A DNA stretch of 64,000 nt from NCBI GenBank assembly GCA_963712115.1, contig CAVQGX010000032.1, positions 64,001-128,000 of the forward strand. Reading direction: 5' to 3'. The stretch comes from an uncultured delta proteobacterium (lineage in GTDB: Bacteria > Desulfobacterota > Syntrophobacteria > BM002). The translations under genes were made by a program, and so were the position numbers. The notes under the pieces were generated by a model that ran no database searches, had not been told where the DNA came from, and was given only the letters and a program-made list of their open reading frames with translations. Of this stretch, positions 1-7,792 are shown piece by piece (position 1 is the first letter of the stretch; each line of letters opens with the position of its first letter).

Positions 1-452
1 AGTTTGAACTGGTCTTCTTCGTAGGTAGGGACAATAACCGGAACTGCGTCTGCCAATCTCACAATGTCCGGGTAGCTAACCCAGTAAGGAGCTGGGATGA
101 GGACTTCATCCCCAGGATCAAAAAGTACTTGAGCCAGATTGTATAGACTATGTTTGCCCCCGCAGGAAACCACGATTTCTTCTCGGCCATAGGAGAGACC
201 GTAGCTGCCTTGAAACTCCGAGATAATTGCATCTTTCAATTCGTCAATTCCACCTACAGCTGTGTAGCGGGTGAAACCCTCCTTAATAGCTTCAAATGCG
301 GCCAGACATATGTGTTCAGGCGTGTTGAAATCAGGTTCTCCCACACCAAAACTGATTACATCCACTCCGGCAGCTTTAAGGGCCTTCGCTTTAGTGTTTA
401 TGGTCAAAGTTGGTGAAGGCTGGATTTGTGCCATCCGCTCAGAAAGTTTCAT
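1..452 (-). CDS. Pyridoxal phosphate-dependent aminotransferase class I/II (aspartate aminotransferase-like), runs off the window edge
   Basis: Manual translation from ATG at 452: MKLSERMAQIQPSPTL...VISFGVGEPDFNTP...GFTRYT...GGKHSLYN...PGDEVLIPAPYWVSY; GGGAGG RBS upstream. Confidence 0.9.
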   Translation of the reverse strand, partial: MKLSERMAQIQPSPTLTINTKAKALKAAGVDVISFGVGEPDFNTPEHICLAAFEAIKEGFTRYTAVGGIDELKDAIISEFQGSYGLSYGREEIVVSCGGKHSLYNLAQVLFDPGDEVLIPAPYWVSYPDIVRLADAVPVIVPTYEEDQFK

Positions 453-541
453 GATCGAACCTCCCTTATTTACAAAGCGCAAAGCGTCAGAGTTAGTGAG
501 TCAGCAGACAGGAGCCAAGAGCCATAATCAGATTGACAGCG

Positions 542-599
542 GGCATAAGGCACAAGGCTGAATTAAATCAGTCTAGCCTTGCGCCCTGAGCCTTGTGCC
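542..599. repeat. Heptamer-periodic inverted repeat
   Basis: gcataag-gcacaag-gct ... agccttgc-gccctga-gccttgt-gcc. Confidence 0.6.
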
Positions 600-617
600 A
601 TTGACTCTATCCGTTAT

Positions 618-1370
618 TCAATAGCGAACTTCCAGCAAGCAAAGGCCGCGGGCTGGTGCCGTCATTCCCGCTTGCTGGCGGTTGCGGGCGGCAAGAACCG
701 CGGAAAACCCTTCCTCTGTAAGCTTTCCTGACCCCACATCCACTAGGGTACCAATTATGTTGCGCACCATGTGTCTGAGAAATCCGTTGGCCTCAATAGT
801 GATGAGCCGTGTATACTCTCCAACGGAAGTGATCTCGGAGGCCAAAACAACTCTCTCGGTACTGCGTACACTGCTCCCTGCTGCCTGAAATGAAGAAAAA
901 TCATGCCTGCCTTCGAGCAGTTTCAAACATTGCACCATAGATGACCACCTTAGGGGTCGACTGATATGCCAACCATATTGTCTGCCCAATGCCGGCGCTA
1001 TCGGTCCGTTGTGAATCCGGTATTCGTAGACCTTACTGCGCGCCTTGAACCTGGCGTGAAACTCCTTTGGTACCAAGATCAACTCCAGGGCAACGATATC
1101 ATCGGGAAGCAGACTGTTCAAACCACGCAGAAGCCGGTCTGGGGGAATTTGAGTTTCACTCAAAAAGTTTGCCACTTGGCCCCGAGCGTGAACCCCTGCG
1201 TCGGTCCGACCGGCACCTACAAGTCGCACTGGAGTTTGGGTCATAATTGCTAGCCGGGTCTCCACCACCTCTTGTATGGTCAGTAAACCTTTCTGGCGCT
1301 GCCAGCCATGGTAGTTCGAGCCGTCATATTCGAGAACGAGTTTGTAGTTCTTTCTCTGGTCATAGGTCAT
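618..1370 (-). CDS. truA: tRNA pseudouridine(38-40) synthase
   Basis: YDGSNYHGWQRQ, GAGRTDAGVHA, GFLRHMVRNIIG, TAPARGLCL motifs. Confidence 0.97.
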   Translation of the reverse strand: MTYDQRKNYKLVLEYDGSNYHGWQRQKGLLTIQEVVETRLAIMTQTPVRLVGAGRTDAGVHARGQVANFLSETQIPPDRLLRGLNSLLPDDIVALELILVPKEFHARFKARSKVYEYRIHNGPIAPALGRQYGWHISRPLRWSSMVQCLKLLEGRHDFSSFQAAGSSVRSTERVVLASEITSVGEYTRLITIEANGFLRHMVRNIIGTLVDVGSGKLTEEGFSAVLAARNRQQAGMTAPARGLCLLEVRY

Positions 1371-1398
1371 GGGTCATTGGTCATAGGTGATTAGTCAT
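1358..1398. repeat. Tandem heptamer GGTCATN x6 overlapping the truA start
   Basis: ggtcata ggtcatg ggtcatt ggtcata ggtgatt agtcat. Confidence 0.85.
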
Positions 1399-1485
1399 GT
1401 ATCATTTGTTTCACCGCGTCACCGCGTCGCCCCTTCTCCTCATCGTTCCGCAGTGCCTAGTGCGCAAGGTCTCCAGGCTTTGCAC

Positions 1486-2532
1486 CTATGGTTGCCAGGC
1501 CCTCAGCCGAAGGCCCTCAGCCTCATCAAACCCAAACATCAAGTTCATGTTACAAATGGCCTGGCCCGCTGCACCCCTGGTTAGATTATCAATGGCTGAG
1601 ATAGTTATAATTCGACCGGTGCGACTCTCTATGCGCCAACCAATATCACAGAAGTTGGTTCCACGGACGTAAAGAGTAGATGGCAGTTGCCCTTGCTGCA
1701 GAACTCTGACGAAAACCGCCCTTTCATAAGCTTCCTGGTAAAGACTGCTTATCTCCTCGTCGCTGACTTTCTTAGAAAGGTTTGCATATAAAGTGGTTAA
1801 AATCCCTCTGGACATGGGAACCAAGTGGGGCGTGAAAACCACCTTAATCGGTCTTTCGGCTAGGATGCTTAGTTCCTGCTCGATTTCTGGTGTGTGACGG
1901 TGTTCAGCCACTTTGTAGGCTGTGAATCCCTCATTGGCTTCACAGAAATGAGTAGTGAGAGTTGGAGCCCGCCCGGCACCGCTTACTCCTGACTTGCAGT
2001 CGGCTATTAGGCTATGAGGATCCACCACTCCAGCTGCCACTAGAGGGGCAGCCGCCAAAATTACTCCAGTTGGGTAGCACCCCGGATTGCCTACTAGATT
2101 AGCAGTTCGGATTTTACTGCCGTGAAGTTCAGGTAGACCATACACCGCCTCTGCCAGAAGATCCTTGGCTCTGTGCTCTTGGTACCATTTTTCATATATC
2201 TCTGGGCTACGAAAACGAAAGTCGGCACTTAAATCCACCACCCGCTTACCAGCCCGAACCAGTGGGGACACCACCTCCATAGCCGTCTTGTGGGGCAAGG
2301 CAACAAACAGGCAATCGGCTATATCCACTAACCTTTCGAGATCTATTTGTGTACAAACCAAGGAACAGATCTTTTGCAGAGCCGGGAAAACTTCACTGAT
2401 TGGCTGGCCAGCATATGATTGGGAGGTGATCGCGGTTAGCTCCACCCTAGGATGTTGGAGTAGGAGTGTAACAAGTTCAAAACCAGTGTATCCCGTACCG
2501 CCAACCACTGCAACGCGTATCTTCACCTTCAT
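1486..2532 (-). CDS. argC: N-acetyl-gamma-glutamyl-phosphate reductase
   Basis: GGTGYTG, NPGCY, SGVSGAG, DNLTRGAAGQA; likely start ATG 2532 after a G-rich RBS (ORF track starts at 2583). Confidence 0.96.
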   Translation of the reverse strand: MKVKIRVAVVGGTGYTGFELVTLLLQHPRVELTAITSQSYAGQPISEVFPALQKICSLVCTQIDLERLVDIADCLFVALPHKTAMEVVSPLVRAGKRVVDLSADFRFRSPEIYEKWYQEHRAKDLLAEAVYGLPELHGSKIRTANLVGNPGCYPTGVILAAAPLVAAGVVDPHSLIADCKSGVSGAGRAPTLTTHFCEANEGFTAYKVAEHRHTPEIEQELSILAERPIKVVFTPHLVPMSRGILTTLYANLSKKVSDEEISSLYQEAYERAVFVRVLQQGQLPSTLYVRGTNFCDIGWRIESRTGRIITISAIDNLTRGAAGQAICNMNLMFGFDEAEGLRLRAWQP

Positions 2533-2600
2533 CCCCCCTCGATCTCTGGGAAACCTAACGATATCCCCATTAAAGGGTTTCAATCTATCCGATACTGAGG

Positions 2601-2720
2601 ATTGCTGATTTTAGATTGTAGATCTCAGATTTAAGAATGATGTTTGGAGGGAGTCATGAGATTCCGAAAACCACAATCTGCAATCCGAAATCATAAATCT
2701 TAAATTCCAATTCTCCAATT
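2601..2720. repeat. Heptamer-periodic inverted repeat (GATTnnA / nAATCnn)
   Basis: gattgct gatttta gattgta gatctca gattt ... aatctgc aatccga aatcata aatctta aattcc. Confidence 0.75.
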
Positions 2721-2785
2721 CAAGTTGGATTCCACCCAGCAGCTACCAAAACGTATGATATCACCGAAAGTTGGTGCTTCCGAGC

Positions 2786-2812
2786 AAAAAAAAGGAGGGC
2801 CGAGCCCTCCTT
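2786..2812 (-). terminator. Intrinsic terminator after rpsI
   Basis: Minus strand aaggagggc-tcg-gccctcc followed by T8. Confidence 0.9.
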
Positions 2813-2835
2813 CACAATCCAAACTGTGTTCAAGT

Positions 2836-3228
2836 CTAACGTTTCGAGTATTGGAATCTTTTCCTGGCTCCGGGTTGGCCGTATTTTTTTCGCTCCTTCA
2901 CCCTCGAGTCACGGGTTAGGAAGCCTGCCTTTTTCAACAGCGGCCGAAAATCAGGATTGACTTCGAGGAGGGCTTTGGAGATGCCATGTTTAATCGCGCC
3001 AGCCTGGCCCGAAATGCCACCGCCCCGGACATTGACATGAATATCGTATTTTCCCAGGGTCTCTGTCAATTCTAACGGCTGACGAATAACCATCTTGGCG
3101 GTCTCGCGCTTTAGATAGTCGTCAATGTGACGTTTGTTTATGGTGATGTTACCATCTCCCGGCATGAGCCATACCCGGGCGACGGCTGTCTTCCTTTTGC
3201 CAGTGGCGTAGTGGCGTTCCTCACTCAT
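2836..3228 (-). CDS. rpsI: 30S ribosomal protein S9
   Basis: [26 protein letters not shown]...QYSKR. Confidence 0.99.
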   Translation of the reverse strand: MSEERHYATGKRKTAVARVWLMPGDGNITINKRHIDDYLKRETAKMVIRQPLELTETLGKYDIHVNVRGGGISGQAGAIKHGISKALLEVNPDFRPLLKKAGFLTRDSRVKERKKYGQPGARKRFQYSKR

Positions 3229-3244
3229 TAACTAGCTCCTGTCC

Positions 3245-3679
3245 TCAGTAGGGTAGATCGAGCGGCTGAGGCTGTTGGGCCTCATGGGGATGATCTGTCC
3301 CAGCATAAACCTTGAGTTTTTTATAAAGCTGGCGCCCGAGACGATTTTTGGGCAACATGCCCCATACCGCGTAACGCACCAGATCTTCTGGTCTCTTTTC
3401 TCTCAGTTTCTTAGCGGTTATTGCCTTGATCCCGCCCATGTAGCCCGAATGGCGATAGTAGGTTTTTTGTTCCCACTTCCTACCGGTCAATTTGACCTTT
3501 TCAGCATTGATAACAACGATGAAATCGCCAGTATCCGCATGGGGTGTGAAACTGGGCTGATGCTTGCCCCGCAGTCTGCTAGCCACTTGACTGGCCAGTC
3601 TACCCAAAGTCCGATCGGCGGCATCCACCACATACCACTTGCGGTTCTCGGGAATAGTCTTGGCACTGAGTGTTTTCAT
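3245..3679 (-). CDS. rplM: 50S ribosomal protein L13
   Basis: [27 protein letters not shown]; start MKTLSAK at 3679 with GGAG RBS. Confidence 0.98.
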   Translation of the reverse strand: MKTLSAKTIPENRKWYVVDAADRTLGRLASQVASRLRGKHQPSFTPHADTGDFIVVINAEKVKLTGRKWEQKTYYRHSGYMGGIKAITAKKLREKRPEDLVRYAVWGMLPKNRLGRQLYKKLKVYAGTDHPHEAQQPQPLDLPY

Positions 3680-3714
3680 GGTTCGACTCCGTAAAGAAAA
3701 GTTACGAATCGGGT

Positions 3715-3743
3715 ATATAACCATGCTTGTTGACACTTGTCAA
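3715..3743 (-). promoter_or_regulatory. Candidate sigma-70 promoter of rplM-rpsI
   Basis: TTGACA (3743-3738), 17 bp, then TTATAT preceded by TGG; the -10 is imperfect. Confidence 0.6.
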
Positions 3744-3755
3744 GAAAAACTAGCA

Positions 3756-3803
3756 CAGGAGTTTCCCCAAAAATATTTTTGTGACATAGGCCACGGGGAA
3801 GCT
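3756..3803. mobile_element. Family C MITE-like terminal fragment
   Basis: caggagtttccccaaaaatatttttgtgacataggccacggggaagct closely matches 58951-58999 and the reverse complement of 32498-32545. Confidence 0.85.
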
Positions 3804-3805
3804 GC

Positions 3806-3835
3806 GAACCGCTGATCGTCCGGCTCATCCACATA
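3806..3835. repeat. Exact 30-bp duplicate of lptD 3' coding sequence (3890-3919)
   Basis: gaaccgctgatcgtccggctcatccacata occurs at both positions. Confidence 0.95.
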
Positions 3836-6076
3836 TCAGAATGTCTGCGCCTTAAGCTCACCAACCCCGTAAAGTTTGATACCCACTGTGAACCGCTGAT
3901 CGTCCGGCTCATCCACATAGCTGAAGGAGATGCCCCAACATTGCCTCTCTATGATCAGATTGTATTCGTTCTTGATCTTTTCGTTCGTGTCTAGCCGGTA
4001 GTTAGCTCGAAGATTCAGAGAAACTCCCTCCCACAACTTCAGACCTAGTTTGGCGTCGATCTCATCCAAAAGGGTCTTGCCGTCTCGGTCGAGTTGCCGC
4101 TGGTAGTCAATATTCAGGCTATCTCCTCGCTCGTCCCAAAGCGCCGCCAACAGGTTATGACTCTTAAACTCTTCATCATAAAGCGACAGCTCGTTCTTGT
4201 AGGTTAGGGTTATATAGCGTCTGGGGGTGAGGTCTAGCTGCGTGAAGACGTTTGAAAAGGGGCGCTTCCTGGTGGTGCTAGGATCATCTTCTCCCCCGTC
4301 GGGCTGGCTGATATCGTAGTGCTGGCTCAGCAGCAATCGAGCGACGTCAAGGTATTCCACCTGGTCGGGACTCTTGTCCAGGCGAGCGGAAAAAAAGTTG
4401 GTCAGGCTGTAGTTTAAACGATTCCTACTGTTAATCCTGTCGGTGGCGTCAAAAAAGGGCAATTTGCTTTGGCTTACTTCAGGCCTGTATTCATAAAGGA
4501 TATTCGGCCTCACCGTGTGTTTGGTCTTAGTCCATGTCTCTCCCTCCATCTCGAAGATCCTCACGATTTCGGCCGATCCTTCCATCCCCGTCTCGAAGAT
4601 TTCTCGGCTCTGAAAGGTCTTTTCTTTAACCCTGCTGTCTGCAGACTCGTCGTACTGGTCAATTAAGTAGAGTGTCTCCAAAAAACCAACAAAAGGCTCG
4701 AGTTCCAGGTACCCGCCCCTACGAAGCGGTAAGGACAACCGTGGAGTAGCGTTCAGTCGATTGCCCCTGGTACCTTCTGGCCTCCAGTAATTTACATAAC
4801 CCGCATCTGCTTCGATAAAAAAGGGCCCCCCCAATAGCGGTTGTCTGGAAGCGTTGTAGGTAATTAAGGGAAGCTGCTGTAGCTGGGTTTCGTCCAAATC
4901 GCTGTCCAGGTTCTGATAATAATGCAGCTGGAAGTTGGCGGATTGGGTAGGCCAAATCTTGTTTAACAGGAGCACTGACTCCCGGGTAGTAACTGTTTCG
5001 TCATTGATTAGACCCCGGCCGAAGGTATTCCTCAATTCCTGGTCGGACTCGCGCCAGCTATTGTATCCTGTGTTAAACGCTCTGAGATAATCGGGATCAC
5101 TGACAAAATCGAGATCCAGGTTTCCCTGAACCTGATAGGGCAAAACAAAATCCTGCTTGGACCGCCACCACCAGCGATCCCGCGTTATTCTGCGGAGGCC
5201 GGCAGCGCTCTCATAGTTATCCTCTTGTAGATCACTTTTGCTTGCCTGATCATCAAGATAATTGAAACGCAACTCGCCCTTACTCTGTGAGCTGGCAGCA
5301 TAACGAAATTCGGGTCCCATCATCAGGCCGCGCTTGCTCATATAGTGGGAGTAGATAGTTGCATCCGTGCTTCTGGAAATAGCCCAGAAAAAGGGCAGGT
5401 CAAAGTCGTATCCCAGCCGTTCACCTAATCCAAAGCGGGGCATCAACAGCCCGGTTTGTCTCTTTGTTTTGGCTGGAAAGGCCAGATAGGGGCTGTAGAG
5501 CACAGGGGCGCGTCCTAGATGAAATCTTGCGTGTTTGGCAAAACCGTATCCTTCCACAGTAACTTTCAGGTCACTGGTTCGGAAATGCCAACTGGGCTCG
5601 TCGCCGTCACAGGTAGTGAAGGTCCCATCCCTCACATGGTAGGTTTGCGGACCTAGCTTTTCCACCAGGGCACCACTGAAGTGAAAATTACCATCCGCGA
5701 GGAAGCCTCTGCCAAACTCGATTAGACCCGTTTCCTTCTCCAGGTCCAGATAGGCACTTTCCCCCTCCAACCAGTCCTTATCCTTCTCTATGCGAATATC
5801 GCCTTCAACTATGGCCTCCATGCTGGCTGCATCCAAGCGAATCTGGTCTGCAAATATAACACTACCCTTGGCGTGCAAAATGACATTACCACTGGCCGTG
5901 TAGATATCCTGCCTTTCATCGTAGGAGAAATTGTCGGCCCTCAGCCGGTAGCCAGAATCCTCTTCCCCCTGAGCGGTGAATTTTTCAGCTCTGTCCTTTG
6001 ACTCTGCGGGCAGTTTGGCAGGGAATAAGAATGTCACAAATAGGCAAAGCCCGAGCATTCTTATTGTCCTTCTCAT
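3836..6076 (-). CDS. lptD: LPS-assembly outer membrane protein
   Basis: Signal peptide, OstA-like N-terminus, FTTCD..PSW, KRQTGLLMP, C-terminal QCW beta-barrel region; 746 aa. Confidence 0.9.
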   Translation of the reverse strand: MRRTIRMLGLCLFVTFLFPAKLPAESKDRAEKFTAQGEEDSGYRLRADNFSYDERQDIYTASGNVILHAKGSVIFADQIRLDAASMEAIVEGDIRIEKDKDWLEGESAYLDLEKETGLIEFGRGFLADGNFHFSGALVEKLGPQTYHVRDGTFTTCDGDEPSWHFRTSDLKVTVEGYGFAKHARFHLGRAPVLYSPYLAFPAKTKRQTGLLMPRFGLGERLGYDFDLPFFWAISRSTDATIYSHYMSKRGLMMGPEFRYAASSQSKGELRFNYLDDQASKSDLQEDNYESAAGLRRITRDRWWWRSKQDFVLPYQVQGNLDLDFVSDPDYLRAFNTGYNSWRESDQELRNTFGRGLINDETVTTRESVLLLNKIWPTQSANFQLHYYQNLDSDLDETQLQQLPLITYNASRQPLLGGPFFIEADAGYVNYWRPEGTRGNRLNATPRLSLPLRRGGYLELEPFVGFLETLYLIDQYDESADSRVKEKTFQSREIFETGMEGSAEIVRIFEMEGETWTKTKHTVRPNILYEYRPEVSQSKLPFFDATDRINSRNRLNYSLTNFFSARLDKSPDQVEYLDVARLLLSQHYDISQPDGGEDDPSTTRKRPFSNVFTQLDLTPRRYITLTYKNELSLYDEEFKSHNLLAALWDERGDSLNIDYQRQLDRDGKTLLDEIDAKLGLKLWEGVSLNLRANYRLDTNEKIKNEYNLIIERQCWGISFSYVDEPDDQRFTVGIKLYGVGELKAQTF

Positions 6077-6118
6077 AGCCCACCCTGTACCGACGGTTGC
6101 CTGGAATTAAGAAAACTT

Positions 6119-6227
6119 GCTTCATCCCGGATTTGCTTGGATGGTCGTCTTTTGACCATTGATACCATGGCTACCCTGTCCCACCCAGTTCTTTCATCAT
6201 CGCATCCAAGCAAATCCCGGATGACCC
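6119..6227. mobile_element. Family B MITE, copy 1 (109 bp)
   Basis: TIR tcatcccggatttgcttggatg / catccaagcaaatcccggatga; exact 8-bp flanking direct repeat GAAAACTT at 6111-6118 and 6228-6235; second copy at 15278. Confidence 0.85.
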
Positions 6228-6287
6228 GAAAACTTTAGCTAATCTCCATCCAGAATCTCATGATTCACCTTAGCAATATGTATGCAA

Positions 6288-7571
6288 CTAGGTGTTTTCT
6301 TCTTTGATCTCTTTGACTTCGCCAATAAAATAGAGAGAGCCAGTAACCACTACCAGATCTTCGGAAGTGGCCAGAGTCATAGCCCTTTGCAGGGCCTGCG
6401 GAACTGATCTAATCAACTCAGTTTTGTTGGCAAATTCCCCCGCCACCTCCCTTAGGGATTCCGGCTCTGCTGCCCTTTCATATCTGGGGCGAGTGAGAAT
6501 AATGTGATCAGCCAAAGGAGCTAGCTTGTGCAGCATGCCCCGGAGATCTTTATCTGCCATGATTCCTAAAACTATGATTAGTCTTTTATAGGTGTACTCT
6601 TCCCGCAAAGCTTTACGCAGAGACACTATACCCGCATTATTGTGGGCACCATCGAGAAGAACTGGAGGCCGCTCGCTAAAACACTCCAGCCTTCCAGGCC
6701 AGCGGGTTTTCCTCAAACCCTCTTGAACTTCTTGTGCAGTAATCGGCTGAAGACGGCCCAGCTGCTCTAAAACCTCCAGAGCACCCAATGCAGTGGCGGC
6801 GTTGAGCAACTGGTGGCGACCAGCCAGGGGCAACTGCAAGTTCTCTAGGCGCCATTTCAGACCCCGATAGGAAAAGCACCGTTTACCCCTAGACCTAACT
6901 TTGATTTGCTGGCCAATCCTGTAGCAGGGAGCATCAAGGGCCGAACAGCGTTCTTTTATGACCGCCAAGGCCACGGGCTGCTTCACCGCGGTTATAAGTG
7001 GGACCCCCTTCTTAATGATTCCCGCCTTCTCCCGGGCAATGCTCCCTAGAGTGAAGCCAAGGAATTCTTGGTGATCAAAGGCAACGTTGTTGATGATCGT
7101 AATCTGCGGCTGAATAACGTTGGTGGCGTCCAACCGCCCACCCATACCGACTTCCAGAATGGCCCAGTCTACTTTCCCTTCTGCAAAAAGGCTGAGAGCC
7201 ATAGCTGTGGTCATCTCGAAAAATGTGGGAGGTTCGCGCTCATTGACTACATCTTTCACCTGAAGGAAGACATCCATTATTCCCCGGTCGTCCACGTCTT
7301 GGTCGTTGATTCGGAAACGTTCGTTGAACCTTACCAGGTGAGGTGAGGTATACAGACCAACCCGCATACCTATCCGGGCCAGGATGGCGGAGAGCATTGC
7401 TGCAGTAGACCCTTTGCCGTTGGTACCGGCAATGTGTATTGCTCTCAAGTTCTTATGAGGATTCCCAAGGCGTGCCAGCAGGTTGCTGGTACTGGAAAGA
7501 CCAAACTTGATGCCGTATTTTTGCAGATCGTAAAGGTAAGATAAAGCCTTATCATAACTTTCGCCACCCAC
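6288..7571 (-). CDS. folC: Folylpolyglutamate synthase/dihydrofolate synthase
   Basis: HIAGTNGKGST, LEVGMGGRLDATN, LDGAHN. Confidence 0.97.
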   Translation of the reverse strand: MGGESYDKALSYLYDLQKYGIKFGLSSTSNLLARLGNPHKNLRAIHIAGTNGKGSTAAMLSAILARIGMRVGLYTSPHLVRFNERFRINDQDVDDRGIMDVFLQVKDVVNEREPPTFFEMTTAMALSLFAEGKVDWAILEVGMGGRLDATNVIQPQITIINNVAFDHQEFLGFTLGSIAREKAGIIKKGVPLITAVKQPVALAVIKERCSALDAPCYRIGQQIKVRSRGKRCFSYRGLKWRLENLQLPLAGRHQLLNAATALGALEVLEQLGRLQPITAQEVQEGLRKTRWPGRLECFSERPPVLLDGAHNNAGIVSLRKALREEYTYKRLIIVLGIMADKDLRGMLHKLAPLADHIILTRPRYERAAEPESLREVAGEFANKTELIRSVPQALQRAMTLATSEDLVVVTGSLYFIGEVKEIKEENT

Positions 7572-7611
7572 CTGCAGCCTTCCTCCATCTGACCCGACAA
7601 GGGGATTTCAA

Positions 7612-7774
7612 ACCACAGAGATATGGAATTTTAGATTGTTGATTGTAGATTGCACCCGCCCGCCTCGCCTGAAGGCGAAGCCGATGGCGGGCAGGGATTG
7701 CAAAGTCTTCCAGTTCCTACTTGTGTCAATCTTCAATCTCAAATCTCAAATAGCCTCTGTGGACTCTGTGGTTA
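7612..7774. repeat. Nested 9-mer/7-mer periodic palindrome
   Basis: aaccacagag ... gattgtt gattgta gattgc ... aatcttc aatctca aatctca ... ctctgtggactctgtggtt. Confidence 0.7.
7654..7696. repeat. 43-bp GC-rich REP-like hairpin, copy 1
   Basis: Exact reverse complement of 16545-16587. Confidence 0.9.
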
Positions 7775-7792
7775 ATCTCCCTTTCTCTCACT

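Noticed and set aside
3738-3835. CRISPR mini-array or IscB/TnpB omega-RNA (GTCAA start, 30-bp spacer-like copy)
   Set aside because: No repeat-spacer periodicity and no nuclease gene. Sequence after GTCAA is not conserved between copies, and TGTCAA is better explained as a -35 box on the other strand.
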